This document shows, in pieces, positions 14,288 to 27,703 of a DNA stretch of 64,000 nt; the first letter of the stretch is position 1, and each line of letters starts with the position of its first letter. The stretch covers positions 434,001 through 498,000 of the forward strand of contig NW_026781862.1 of the NCBI RefSeq assembly GCF_031769215.1, written 5' to 3'. The notes below the pieces were generated by a model. It searched no databases, was not told where the DNA came from, and saw nothing but the letters and a program-made list of their open reading frames with translations. The translations under genes and the position numbers were made by a program. The stretch comes from Ylistrum balloti (Eukaryota).

Positions 14288-14467
14288 CTACAAAATACAA
14301 AGGGAATATAGAGCTACAGCTCCGAGGGTGACTAGGGTGTTAACGGAAACAGCTGGGGCAGACGACTCAGTCGATAGTCGGAAATTGCGTGTTACAGTTG
14401 GTGAACCATTGCTTCTGGTGCTGGTCTTCCTCTGAGAGGTCGGGAATCGTGATCTCAGCGTCTGAAT
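14288..14467 (-). CDS. Carbonic-anhydrase-related gene, terminal exon: IQTLRSRFPTSQRKTSTRSNGSPTVTRNFRLSTESSAPAVSVNTLVTLGAVALYSLCIL*
   Basis: Acceptor ...tatgtttcag, phase 0 matching the 18385 donor; 'RNFR' aligns with the alpha-CA 'DNFRP' motif; hydrophobic C-terminus with no cytoplasmic tail (GPI-signal-like). Confidence 0.8.
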   Translation of the reverse strand: MQTLRSRFPTSQRKTSTRSNGSPTVTRNFRLSTESSAPAVSVNTLVTLGAVALYSLCIL

Positions 14468-16014
14468 CTGAAACATATATACAACACATCGATATCACAA
14501 GTCCCAGCCGAATCAATAACAGGGTTCCCCTATCAGCAAATCTAGACACCATTGATCAAATGATGGTCCATGAACATATATGATAGTAATCGAAAAGAGA
14601 AGACAAGACGAAAGGTTATGAATAGGATATCGTATATAGAATTTAAGTCACTGAATGTCAATGATCAACTTTATATTTTTTTACATAATAAAAAATCCGG
14701 CCACATCGAAATGTTGAAGGCATAAATGCAAAATATCCCTAGTGAGAAGAAAATAACAATGAAAAGTGAGTGTAGACACAGATAACATCAGCACCATTAC
14801 AAAACTAGTGACTACGTAATGTTTTTAAAGTATGAATGACCTGTCTAGACAATTTCTTTGGAATATCTAGTGACATAAAGCACAGGTTACCTCTATATAA
14901 TAATGATAAATTCAAGGCGTGATTAATAAAAAGAAATTCTAGAAAATCACATTGAATGAATGTTTTGTCTCAGCGTTCAAATTGAAATAATACACAAAAA
15001 TAACAAAATCTTTCTGATCTTGAAATATGAAAAATAACATTAGATTTGGAAACTAGATGTTGGTAACTTTTACAATGTACCAAAGAAACCGGTTGTAGTC
15101 GGGGCAAATATTGGAAAGTGGGATTTCCAAGTGTTAGGGAGAACCACAGCACCCTTGATTGACCACGTGATCAGTGATACGTTTATGCTAATATTAGATA
15201 AGACACAATATATAATATAGATAAAATAAAAATTGATTTATCCATCTAATTGATAAAACCCTCACGTCGAGCAAATAATCCATAATTTTAAACAACAATG
15301 TTCATGTTTCTGATGATCGATCCGATTGCTTGCTTAATATTTTGGCAGGACAGAGACCTAGTAAGGTCCTTTCTGATTATGAGGAATCATGATAACTGTT
15401 GATATATAAATATAAATAAGAAAAATAAACGTATAACGTTACATTAATTTAAAAGTTAAAGTTTATCTAATAAAATCATCCATTAACCATAAGATGACTT
15501 TTTCAAGCCAAACAACCTGGAACGAGTGGAAACGTGGACTAAAATGAGTATTTTTGGTGTTTAATTAATTGATGTAAAGTACTCTTAAGCATATTAAAGT
15601 CCTTTTACAAATAACGCGGGACAAACGTCGTTGTTCAGTTTTGACAGAAATTAACACCAAGACGGCACAATTGGTAAAATTTCATCTTTTTTTTAACCTT
15701 AATTCATGTACTTACTGCTGTGTTTGTATAGGTACTATTCGTTATGCATGGAATTCAGATAAAATGGGTTGTTCTAAGGAGTTAAATGTAAAGTTATATT
15801 ACCTAATAATAATATTTCATACATTTAAAAATAAACTGATATTCAACATCGCCAATATCTTCAAGTAAGCCATAATGATAGTTTGATATTTTCTCATGTC
15901 AAGTGTTACAAATGAGACATTTACTACACTTCAAACGTTGCAGAATATTTGAGTTTCTTTATTTTCTTTATACCGCAGAAGAAAAAAAGGAAAAAATAAT
16001 TAATGAAAAGGTAA

Positions 16015-16280
16015 GGATTCATCAACCACCTCCATTTCTCATGAATAAGTCACGTCTTCATCAAACACCTCCATTTCTCACGAATAAGTCAAGTCTTTAT
16101 CAACCACCTCCATTTCTCATAAATAAGTCACGTCTTCATCAACCACTTCCATTTCTCATTCATAAGTCACGTCTTCATCAAACACCTCCATTTCTCATTC
16201 ATAAGCCACGTCTTCATCAACCACCTCCATTTCTCATAAATAAGTCACGTCTTCATCAACTATCTCCATTTCTCGTAAGT
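16015..16280. repeat. Minisatellite, 39-bp unit (CATCAACCACCTCCATTTCTCATAAATAAGTCACGTCTT), ~7 copies
   Basis: Tandem periodicity; explains ORF 15903..16298. Confidence 0.93.
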
Positions 16281-16554
16281 CGCGTCGACATCGCATGATC
16301 GTCTCGGTACTTTTAACCGTAGTTTGATAGGGAAAATACATGTATCCATGTCATATGGAATTCGTAAAGCTCATTTAATTTTGAGACGATAACGCGTGCG
16401 ACATATAGAATCATAGAACTCGATTGATTAATCCAATACTACATTGACACTCGTGTCGGATACCCTACAAATATTAATATCAACTGATATATGTAAATAG
16501 CATAGGCTTGGCTAGCATGGACGTCACTTTATAGAAATAGAACAAAACTCACAC

Positions 16555-16775
16555 AAAATAGGGAAATCATGCGTTTCATACAGCATGATGAAAGTTTTGT
16601 TGTAGGGAAAGATCGAGGTAAGCGGATAGTGGACAAAGTCTGCCGTGTCCTTGATTTCCTTTATGGCGGTTATATACGATGGAAATAATCGATAATTTCT
16701 TGTTATTTAAAGATATTATAAAAATATCCAAACGCGAAATTCAAGGACTTGGTAAGGTTTCTTTTCCTGTGTGAT
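16555..16775 (-). mobile_element. Penelope-like RT fragment (decayed)
   Basis: Minus-strand frames give NLTKSLNFAFGY / ISLNNKK / SAYLDLSL / LYETHDF, matching the PLE RT 'FNFTFRYIDDVLSLNN...SASYLDL...LYDKRDDF' region; homologous to 47100-47290. Confidence 0.75.
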
Positions 16776-16974
16776 AAATTGAGCTTTGAACTTGCAATAA
16801 AGCTCAGTGATAGTAATTGTCAGCCAGAGTTTCAGTTATTTACATGATTCAATGATCAGATAATATTTTGTCCATAAACATTTACATTATTCGCTGAATG
16901 AACAAGGCGTTCCTTTAGTTTGGAATGGGAAATAGTAGTTTAAATAGCAGAAAATCATATTATCTCTATTATCT

Positions 16975-17328
16975 AGAACCTAGCTCTGTACTTATAGTGT
17001 ACAACTAGCTCTGTCGTTATAGTGTACAACTAGGTCTGTCGTTATAGTGTACAACTAGTTCTGTCGTTATAGTGTACAACTAGATCTGTCGTTATAGTGT
17101 ACAACTAGGTCTGTCGTTATAGTGTACAACTAGCTCTGTCGTTATAGTGTACAACTAGTTCTGTCGTTATAGTGTACAACTAGCTCTGTCGTTATAGTGT
17201 ACAACTAGATCTGTCGTTATAGTGTACAACTAGGTCTGTCGTTATAGTGTACAACTAGCTCTGTCGTTATAGTGTACAACTAGCCCTGTCGTTATAGTGT
17301 ACAACTAGTTCTGTCGTTATAGTGTTCA
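16975..17328. repeat. Minisatellite, 25-bp unit (AGTGTACAACTAGNTCTGTCGTTAT), ~14 copies
   Basis: Near-perfect tandem; variation concentrated at one position. Confidence 0.97.
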
Positions 17329-17442
17329 AATACACGAAATATCGAATCCGTCAAAAAAAGCAACCTTTACAGAATATCTGTTTGTGATGCATGAGAGATC
17401 ACAGGAAGTGTCACTACCAAACCAATTTACTTACTACAAGGT

Positions 17443-18240
17443 GGAGATATCAGGTTACGTAAATACAAGGGGGAGATATCTGGTTACGTAAATACAAGGG
17501 GGAGATATCAGGTTACGTAACTACAAGGGGGAGATATCAGGTTACGTAAATACAAGGGGGAGAAATCAAGTTACGTAACTACAAGGGGGAAATATCAGGT
17601 TACGTAACTACAAGGGGAGATATCAGGTTACGTAACTACAAGGGGGAGATATCAGGTTACGTAAATACAAGGGGAAGTAATCAGGTAACGTAAATACAAG
17701 GGGGAGATATCAGGTTACGTAAATACAAGGGGGAAATATCAGGTTACGTAACTACAAGGGGAGATATCAGGTTACGTAACTACAAGGGGGAGATATCAGG
17801 TTACGTAAATACAAGGGGAAGTAATCAGGTAACGTAAATACAAGGGGGAGATATCAGGTTATGTAAATACAAGGGGGATATATCAAGTTACGTAACTACA
17901 AGGGGGAGATATCAGGTTACGTAAATACAAGGGGAGATATCAGGTTACGTAAATACAAGGGGAGATATCAGGTTACGTAACTACAAGGGGGAGATATCAG
18001 GTTACGTAACTACAAGGGGGAGAATCAGGTTACGTAACTACAAGGGGAGATATCAGGTTACGTAACTACAAGGGGGAGATATCAGGTTACGTAACTACAA
18101 GGGGGAGATATCAGGTTACGTAACTACAAGGGGGAGATATCAGGTTACGTAACTATAAGGGGGAGATGTCAGGTTACGTAACTACAAGGGGAGACACCAG
18201 GTTACGTAACTACAAGGGGAAGTAATCAGGTAACGTAACT
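17443..18240. repeat. Minisatellite, 28-29-bp unit (TACAAGGGGGAGATATCAGGTTACGTAAC/A), ~27 copies
   Basis: Tandem periodicity; most units contain TTACGTAA, many the 10-bp palindrome GTTACGTAAC. Confidence 0.97.
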
Positions 18241-18384
18241 TAGTGAAGTCACAGACTCAAGATCAGCTTATATTTAATTCATATTAGAGTCACGAACAAC
18301 AGCTACGCCCTTCTCTAACATGTAAGGACGATATGAATTCTCGTCGGGTAATGCATTATTGACGAGAAGTGACGGACGGCGTAC

Positions 18385-18524
18385 CTGGTCCTTATGTATA
18401 AGCAGTCTGTCGTTTGAAATACTCCAGCTGACGTCACAAGATGGATGCATTGGTCCCAGCTTGCCATGATATTGGTAAAACTTCAGGAGGTACTGGGGGA
18501 ATATATTCCTCAGTTTTACATTAT
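18385..18524 (-). CDS. Carbonic-anhydrase-related gene, internal exon: (D)NVKLRNIFPQYLLKFYQYHGKLGPMHPSCDVSWSISNDRLLIHKDQ
   Basis: Acceptor ttttatttccag, donor CAG|gtacgc, phase 1 to 0; aligns with alpha-CA 'LLP...YYRYxGSLTTPPCxExVxWxV...IS..Q'. Confidence 0.85.
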
Positions 18525-18994
18525 CTGGAAATAAAACAGAATTTATTTTAGTAATCGTAGACAAACATCAGAACTATTGCTGTTGTGATATGTTTACTGT
18601 ATTTTGTATTGTAAAATGAAAATAGCATACAGTGGTCCAAGGGAGACAACCGCTGAATAATATTACGCAAGAGACTAACCTACAAGCAGGTAGATATTCT
18701 TTCATAAAAGGCATAATATTAGTGACCCTAACATGGCTTGATATTCAAACAATACATTATATAATTCAAAACTTTAGCATGAGACATTGATGGCAAACTG
18801 AATATCCTTCTAATTTCTCACGAGACAATCACAATTTCAACCGATTTGGCGAAAAATGACACATTGGAGACCGGACTTATCAAAATAAACTAAACGTTCC
18901 TGAGACCTTCTATATGTTATTGATTGAAAAGATATATCGACCGCGACACAGGCAAAGTAGAAATAACGAGAGGTATTAGGGACCTTCCAGATAT

Positions 18995-20075
18995 AGAAAG
19001 ACAGTCAAAACCCTTCGAATTATTGAGAGATTGTCAGAACTTTCTATCGGATTATGGAGCGCTAATCAGAGACTTTCTGATTAAGGAGAGAAAATCAAAA
19101 AACCCTTCGAATTATGTAGATTTGTCAGAACCTTCTATCGGATTATGGAAAGATGGTCAGAGACTTCCGGATTATGGAGAGATTGCCAAAACCCTTCGAA
19201 TTATGTAGATTTGTCAGAACCTTCTATCGGATTATGGAGAGATGGTCAGAGACTTCCGGATTATGGAGAGCTGGTCAGAGACTTCCGGATTAAGGAGAGA
19301 AAAACAAAATCCTTCGAATTATGTAGATTTGTCAGAACCTTCTATCAGATTATGGAGAGATGGTCAGAGACTTTCGGGTTGTGGAGATATGGTCAGAGAC
19401 TTTCGGGTTGTGGAGAGATGGTCAGAGACTTTCGGGTTGTGGAGAGATGGTCAGAGACTTTCGGGTTGTGGAGAGATGGTCAGAGACTTTCGGGTTGTGG
19501 AGAGATGGTCAGAGACTTTCGGGTTGTGGAGAGATGGTCAGAGACTTCCGGATTATGGAGAGATGGTCAGAGACTTTCGGATTATGGAGAGATGGTCAGA
19601 GACTTCCGGATTATGGAGAGATGGTCAGAGACTTCCGGATTAAGGAAAGATGGTCAGAGACTTCCGGATTTTGGAGATATGGTCAGAGACTTCCGGATTA
19701 TGGAGAGATGGTCAGAGACTTTCGGGTTGTGGAGAGCTGGTCAGAGACTTCCGGATTATGGAGAGATGGTCAGAGACTTCCGGATTATGGAGATATGGTC
19801 AGAGACTTCCGGATTATGGAGAGATGGTCAGAGACTTTCGGGTTGTGGAGAGCTGGTCAGAGACTTCCGGATTATGGAGAGATGGTCAGAGACTTCCGGA
19901 TTATGGAGATATGGTCAGAGACTTCCGGATTATGGAGAGATGGTCAGAGACTTCCGGATTATGGAGATATGGTCAGAGACTTCCGGATTAAGGAAAGATG
20001 GTCAGAGACTTCCGGATTATGGAGAGATGGTCAGAGACTTTCGGGTTGTGGAGAGGTAGACAAACCCTTTGGATT
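18995..20075. repeat. Minisatellite, 29-bp unit (GGAGAGATGGTCAGAGACTTCCGGATTAT), preceded by longer degenerate higher-order units
   Basis: Tandem periodicity; source of ORFs 18924-20079. Confidence 0.96.
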
Positions 20076-23000
20076 ATAGAGAGATACAGATTCTCGTATT
20101 ACAGAGAGAACATTTCGGATTATATAGAGATAATGTGTTTCCTAATTTCACATATCTAGAAACAGTATTGTCATCACCTGGGAACTATTATCGCCCACAT
20201 ATTGCCTCCTTATCAGAAAACAAGGTACTTTGATGATGGTACATTGAGAGTCAGCTCAATGATGACATGTCAACTGTGTATACCTTTCGTTCTTTAATCG
20301 ATTTTCTGTCCAAATTACACCTTCTTATTCACTCGCAAACATGTCATCGAATGAGCGTCCGTCGAGAAGAAACGTGATAACGAAAGATTCTAACTTGCGG
20401 AAAGGCGATTTAAAACAAATTTATCACAATGTTAAACCTTGATTCCGTCCATATATAGAAATTTTGTCACTAGCGGTGTTGTTTTATTTCTTCACAAACG
20501 ACTTGAAATGGTCGTTAAAATTCACATCGAGACTTTAAAACCATGCTGATTTTGTGAAAGGTGCTATTTCGAGTCCCTTGTGATAATGTCAATGAACGTA
20601 CAGTATTGTCAAGTACTTAAACCATACTTACTCTATCCGTATCTTACCACAAGTAACAAATACTCAAGTAAGGCTAAACACGTTAGCCTTAATTTGACAC
20701 CATGATTTCCCAGTCATTCAGTATCATGAGTGACGTCATCTCATCCCCCACTTCCTAATTAGGATTTCAAGACTTCAAGTACTTTATATACTAGTAATAA
20801 TATCCGTTAATTTATTTCCATCAAGACACACCTAACATATCTAATGGTAATAAATAGAATATTGTGGACATGAGTTCAAACTCTTTATTTCAGAACCTGA
20901 CTTACGTAGGAATCCGGCGAGAAAAATAGAAACACAGATAGTACTGCTCAGGGCTTAGTACGGACACGCCTTTGTGATATAGGTAAGTTACCATGAAGAC
21001 AATAAGTACAGAATCAAGAGGACTTTTCAGAATGACTTTCGTCAGTTTCTTCATTTTTTGGTATACTGGTTAAGGAACCATTACTTTTTCTCCGGCACCA
21101 TCATGCACGTGCAATTTTTGCGGCATGTGTTTTATAAATACATCTCTGATCAAACCCAATTTTATCACTAAATGTTCGAGTAAATTAATTTTTAACAGCG
21201 GAGTAATTAAAATTTTATTTTTAAAAGTTACAGCAGTAGGGGATACGTACAGCACTTTAATTATCTACAAAAATAAACCCCACAAAATTTGTCTTAAAAT
21301 TATTACAATTATCTATAAAACTCACGGGAAGATATTTCTCTTGACAAAAAAAATATTATAATAATGGGTACTGTGCCCTATGTATGATAACATGTTTTTG
21401 TCACTGGTGACTTTCTACGAAATATGAAAAAAATGGATTGAATCCACGAACTAAAAAAGTTGGTCATAAAACACTGTATCTTTCTCGGTGAAGTAAGTTG
21501 TGTCGAATGGTGACCAACTGATATCATTTCATACCATAAATAGGAAACTCCTTAAAGTTCAATTTTCTTCAATATCATATGACTTTTGAAAGTATTCTAC
21601 GTGAAATGGAAATTTATATGAAATAATTTTCATTATGCGTGTTTCAACATAAGTATATTGCCGTTACACTGAGAGCTAAATATATTGTGTCGCGTTGTAC
21701 AGATAGAGTACTCACACAAGATTTTATACCTTGATAATTCTGCAACAGGTAGTACTTGATAAATTGTACTATCACTATTGTTTAAGGGAACGGTAATAAA
21801 AACTCAGGTCAGTGTTTAATGTCTATTGTTTTACACTCAGTAAGTAATGATTGAGTAGTCTCCCTTCCTCTGTTCCGGACCGTTACATTGATGTTACACC
21901 AGTAATACTGTTTCAGAATTTCCTTAGATGCTTGTAAAACATCAACCTACACTTTATAAGTCCACTTTTCACTGTTTTATGGAGTTCATAAAAATTAGTT
22001 GATTGATGTAAAAGCGAAGTTTTAAATAACAGTCATCGCGCGTTACCTATATGTTGTACCACGGGACCGATACAGATCGAAGTCCGTGGTTGTAAACTCA
22101 CGTGCATGTCAATTGAAATATATTTAACAACAAAAAATGTTAAAAATGAGAAAATTGTAACTAAGAAGTCTAAACACGTGTTTATAATTAAATGCATTAC
22201 AACACGAATACCCGGTTCTTTAGTTTTCTATATATTCTAAGCATTCTCTTAAAACTGTATATTCTTCCGGGTCGATTATAACAAACGTTGTTTATCGTCT
22301 TTACAGAAATGTTATCTGACTCGGGGCATAGATTTGTTGGTATACTTCAAAAAGACCTTACAAAGGACACAAATTATATATTTCCATTCCACTATCAACT
22401 TCCTATTTAGTTCTATGTAAACACGCCCATCTTTCTGTGAACGGGTGGTAAACCACCGGAATTCACTTCCTAATGCCGTTGTAACGTCACGAACAAGCAA
22501 AACTTTGGAACCCGATTGGATAATCATTGGAGGCAAACTGAATGTGTTTATAACCATGAACTAGACAATAACACACTGATCCATATTCCGGATACTAATT
22601 CTTTAAACTCTGATCTGGATATATAGGCTTAATAAGCCTGCGTCCAGTATATTATCAATATTATTATTATTATTTGTTAAGCGTATGAATTCACATTCCG
22701 CATTCAGGAGACGGCCATCAAAAAGTATTCCTAATAGATATAAATGTTATGTTTATATTCTGTGTTGTATTCACCTTTGTGTCATTACTACCCTAAATTA
22801 TAGTATATGAGACTGTGTGCTACAATATGCCTGATTATGTCGGTGTATGATTAAACAAAAATGGCCGCCCGTTATTTTCGGTATCAACATACATTGTACT
22901 GACATATCCGAAGTTGTTGGACTTAAATAAGAGGTCATCACAATAAAGTAACTTACAAAGCAATCAAATTATAACAGAACAAATTTATTTTCAAACATGT

Positions 23001-23769
23001 AAGTTTGCCACAAAATCGTTATTGTCACCATAACATACGTGATTACCGAGTTTGTCAACTTTGTCTGCAAGACGTCGATCTGACAGTCCACATATAGAAT
23101 CCGTTACAAACAAAATGTCGTCACTTACTGACTGTAGTGACTACCATTTATAATTTCCATAGTGATTCTATAAGGAACATTGCATCAATCCACTCCAGGC
23201 ACGACAACACAGTTAACACTGACACATCGTTCGTGAAATCTGACTTAAAGCCGCATCACTTTTTACTGGAATATCAATGCGCACCAAACTGCTTTTATTT
23301 CATACGAAAATTGTGACCATACGATTTTTATATAATTGTTATTTGTGATGACATGGGGATCTATATTACTACGGCTGTTTTCGGATTTGAACTTGTTGAC
23401 GTCAGAAACGGATTATACAGGAAATTTAAATGACGTTTTCCTCGTTTTTTTTTAAATCCTAGATACACCTATTTGAAAATGACAATATCCACAATAAACC
23501 ATTAACAGATGGTAAACAATTAATATGAAGATGATTCGAGATGAAGAAAAATTTCATGACGTCTTGTATCTATCTTCCAGCACGCTCACTGACTTCATAT
23601 CAACTGTATATTCCAGTCGTAAAAGTTAATTATTTAAATGTTACAAGAGAAACAAAAGTACAAGATGAAGAAGTGTGGCCTCGTTATTTATCAATACACT
23701 AATACTACAGTTGCTGTATGCTGGAAGATAACCCAATCCCAATACAGACTCTCATCCAATTACATAGAA

Positions 23770-25790
23770 AATCTCTCCATCAATAGTCTCCTAACTAATG
23801 ATATAGAAAATATCTTCATCAATACAGTCTCCTAACAAATTATATAGAATATCCTTCATCAATACAGTCTCCTAACAAATTATATAGAATATCCTTCATC
23901 AATACAGTCTCCTAAATTATATAATTATATAGTCTCCTAACAAATTATATAAAATCCTTCATCAATACAGTCTCCTAACTAATTATATAGAAAATCCTTC
24001 ATCAATACAGTCTCCTATTATATAGAATATCCTTCATCAATACAGTCTCCTGACTAATTATATAATTATATAGTCTCCTAACTAATTATATAAATATCTT
24101 CATCAATACAGTCTCCTAACAAATTATATAGAATATCCTTCATCAATACAGTCTCCTAACAAATTATATAGAATATCCTTCATCAATACAGTCTCCTAAC
24201 AAATTATATAGAAAATATCTTCATCAATACAGTCTCCTAACAAATTATATAGAATATCCTTCATCAATACAGTCTCCTCACAAATTATATAGAAAATCCT
24301 TCATCAATACAGTCTCCTAACAAATTATATGGAATATCCTTCATCAATACAGTCTCCTAACTAATTATATAGAATATCCTTCATCAATACAGTCTCCTGA
24401 CAAATTATATAGAAAATCTCTTCATCAATACAGTCTCCTGACAAATTATATAGAAAATCTCTTCATCAATACAGTTCAAATTATATAGAAAACCCTTCAT
24501 CAATACAGTCTCCTCACAAATTATATAGAATATCCTTCATCAATACAGTCTCCTGACTAATTATATAGAAAATATCTTCATCAATACAGTCTCCTAACTA
24601 ATTATATAGAAAATATCTTCATCAATACAGTCTCCTAACAAATTATATAGAATATCCTTCATCAATAGTCTCCTGACTAATTATATAGAAAATATCTTCA
24701 TCAATACAGTCTCCTAACAAATTATATAGAATATCCTTCATCAATACAGTCTCCTAACTAATGATATAGAAAATCCTTCATCAATACAGTCTCCTAACAA
24801 ATTATATAGAAAATCCTTCCTTCATCAATACAGTCTCCTAACTAATTATATAGAAAATCCTTCATCAATACAGTCTCCTAACTAATTATATAGAAAATAT
24901 CCTTCATCAATACAGTCTCCTAACAAATTATATAGAAAATATCTTCATCAATACAGTCTCCTAACAAATTATATAGAATATCCTTCATCAATACAGTCTC
25001 CTGACTAATTATATAGAATATCCTTCATCAATACAGTCTCCTAACAAATTATATAGAATATCCTTCATCAATAGTCTCCTAACTAATGATATATAAAATC
25101 CTTCATCAATACAGTCTCCTAACAAATTATATAGAATATCCTTCATCAATACAGTCTCCTAACAAATTATATAGAATATCCTTCATCAATACAGTCTCCT
25201 AACTAATTATATAGAAAATCCTTCATCAATACAGTCTCCTAACTAATTATATAGAAAATCCTTCATCAATACAGTCTCCTAACTAATTATATAGAAAATC
25301 CTTCATCAATACAGTCTCCTAACTAATCATATAGAAAACTCTTCATCAATACAGTCTCCTGACAAATTATATAGAAAATCCTTCATCAATACAGTCTCCT
25401 AACTAATTATATAGAATATCCTTCATCAATACAGTCTCCTCACAAATTATATAGAATATCCTTCATCAATACAATCTCCTAACTAATTATATAGAATATC
25501 CTTCATCAATACAGTCTCCTAACAAATTATATAGAAAACCCTTCATCAATACAGTCTCCTAACAAATTATGTAGAATATCCTTCATCAATACAGTCTCCT
25601 GACAAATTATATAGAAAATCTTCAAAATCTCTTCTAACTAATTATATAGAATAAAATCAGTCTTGACAAATTATATATAAAATCAATACAGTCTCCTAAC
25701 AAATTATATAGAAAATCTCTTCATCGATACAGTCTCCTGACAAATTATATAGAAAATCTCTTCATCAAAACATTCTCCTCGCAAATTATA
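23770..25790. repeat. Minisatellite, ~40-bp unit (TCCTTCATCAATACAGTCTCCTAACAAATTATATAGAATA), ~50 copies
   Basis: Tandem periodicity read directly. Confidence 0.97.
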
Positions 25791-26027
25791 CACATAACCA
25801 TATTTCTCAAAATCAAAAGACAGATAGATTATGACATGATGTTTATAAATTGTCATTACAATAATACGTATATGTAGAACTTTGCATAGCAATATAGACG
25901 TTACACGTGGATCCGATGATAAACTTTACATTATGGTTTCAGGCGGAAAATGTAATGTGTTGTGTTAGATAAATGTATTCCTGTCCACAAGATTGTTAAT
26001 ATGACAATCACTGTTTTAATGTACAGG

Positions 26028-27000
26028 TTGTATTTTGGCGAGGTTGAAGAAAGACAAAATTTGCGAGCTTTTGGCGAGCGATATTTGTCTTTCTATCCCG
26101 AACCAAAACGAAGCTTCTATTTTAAGACACTGACTATTTATTCTATTTATCCTGCCACATTGATTGACGATCATACCATCAAAACTTCAACAATGTTGAT
26201 GTTCAGTCTTTGTTTACCTGACGTGGACTTCATGCTGAATTTTGCCTGACAACGTACGTCAAAATAATTGTTCCGCGCGGAAATATAGTTCCAAACTTCA
26301 AACAATAAGGCAGCTATTTTAATAATTGTGATTTTTGTAAATGAATTTGTTCATTACAACATATGAAATAGCTATTTCAACAATTTTTTTATATTGTCAA
26401 ACATTATTTAAGTAAAGTCAGAAAGTAATTCTGTTGTACTAACGCACGTGCTAAAATGCAGCTGTTACCATCACTACGAATATAGCGACAATGGCAGTAC
26501 CAGTTGCAGGATAAGTAGAGAATATTGCCAAAGGTTTGGAACTTTTGTATTTCTTCATCCTCACCAAAATACGGCATATATTTGAAGACACTGACCATGC
26601 ATTCTATTTATCCTGCAACATTGACTGCAAATCAGATCATTAAAACTTCAACAGTTTCTTGTTCAATCTTTGTTTACACGACACTGATGTTACGCTGAAT
26701 TTTGCCTGATAACGTTCGCCAAATTAATTGTTCCGTGCAGAAATATAGTTCCCAACTTCAACGGATATGACAGCGATTTTATGAATTTTCGTAAATTAAC
26801 TTGTTCATTACAACAAATAAAATAATTTATTTTCAATAGTTATTTATCTTGTTCAAAAAATTTTTAAGTAAATTCATAAATTGATTCCGCAAATTCACGC
26901 ACGTGCTAAAAATACAGCTGTTTTCCATCACTCCCGAACACAGCAAAAATATACGTGGCAGACGTATTCTGACAATGGCGGTGCCAGTTGTAGGGTAAAT
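26028..27000. repeat. Diverged tandem duplication (~430-480-bp units, 26090-26520 and 26525-27000) with a ~48-bp inverted repeat (26028-26076 vs 26526-26573)
   Basis: GACACTGAC...ATTCTATTTATCCTGC...GCTGAATTTTGCCTGA...GAAATATAGTTCC...CACGTGCTAAAA...GACAATGGC occurs twice; GTATTTTGGCGAGGTTGAAGAAAGACAAAA is inverted at 26544-26573. Confidence 0.85.
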
Positions 27001-27160
27001 AAATACATGTAGTTTTCTTTTACAAAAATAGGATCCAGAATATACATTTATTAACTATATTGATTTCATGAAATGTATAAACACGATGTTTTACAGGGAG
27101 ACATTATTACATCTAAACTTATCGTTAAGTGTAATTATTAATTAATTCGATAGTATTTAC

Positions 27161-27224
27161 CTGTCCTTTCACCTGCCTTGAAGAGTTCTTCGAACGTTGG
27201 AACCAGCTCAGAATTTTGACTCGT
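27161..27224 (-). CDS. Carbonic-anhydrase-related gene, internal exon: TSQNSELVPTFEELFKAGERT(D)
   Basis: 64 nt, acceptor atatcttttag, donor G|gtaaat, phase 0 to 1, exactly bridging the neighbouring exons. Confidence 0.8.
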
Positions 27225-27601
27225 CTAAAAGATATAATGTAACGAGATGTGTTAAAATTCTGATATAAACACATACAGTTCAAATACCTCTGTTATTCAG
27301 TCTATAAAACTACAATTTAAAACAATTTTTCACAAATCTTCTGTAAAAGTTGTTAAGTATTGTTAATAACTAGTATGAATACCTCGGTAATTACAGACAC
27401 GGTACAACAGGGTAAACAAACAACGTTGTAACTTAAAGATCAGAACGTGATATTTCGCGCTATAATTTTAAAAGCAACAAAATCATAGCGTGATGAAATC
27501 ATGAATAACTGGACAGATACATGTCAGGAATCAGAACAAATAGAATTATTAAAGAAAAGGACGAATGATAAGATAAAGACAGATTATCTATTATACCTTA
27601 C

Positions 27602-27703
27602 CATAGTGTCCTGGACCCAGAATGACAAGGCAGACAGTCCGTCTTTCTGACCTGTAGCCTCCGTTCGGTTTGCATACTTTGTATTGTAGCTTAGGAAATA
27701 TAT
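27602..27703 (-). CDS. Carbonic-anhydrase-related gene, internal exon: [IYFLS]YNTKYANRTEATGQKDGLSALSFWVQDTM (5' boundary inferred)
   Basis: Donor ATG|gtaagg; matches alpha-CA 'LHIVHYNxKY...A...DGLAVLG'. The phase-0 start at 27703 is preceded by TAT, not AG; the nearest AG (27690-27691) is out of phase. Confidence 0.75.

Noticed and set aside
14367-14467. Alternative frame for the terminal CA-like exon (DSDAEITIPDLSEEDQHQKQWF...)
   Set aside because: Needs phase 1, but the upstream exon ends in phase 0; it also lacks the CA 'NFR' motif present in the chosen frame
18631-18652. 22-nt phase 0-to-1 micro-exon candidate for the CA-like gene
   Set aside because: Exon 27161-27224 has the same phases, better splice sites and the expected length and similarity
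18924-20079. Long ORFs (up to 304 aa) in several frames
   Set aside because: They are translations of a stop-poor 29-bp minisatellite (period not a multiple of 3, frames rotate); no coding evidence. The same applies to ORFs at 1585-2091, 12309-12912, 15903-16298, 27670-28165 (except the exon part), 30067-30874, 38939-39121, 40930-41308, 43300-43847, 54753-55316 and 57295-57658
20894-20982. Plus-strand segment with good acceptor and AG|gtaagt donor
   Set aside because: Stops in all three frames and antisense within a CA-like intron; no evidence of use
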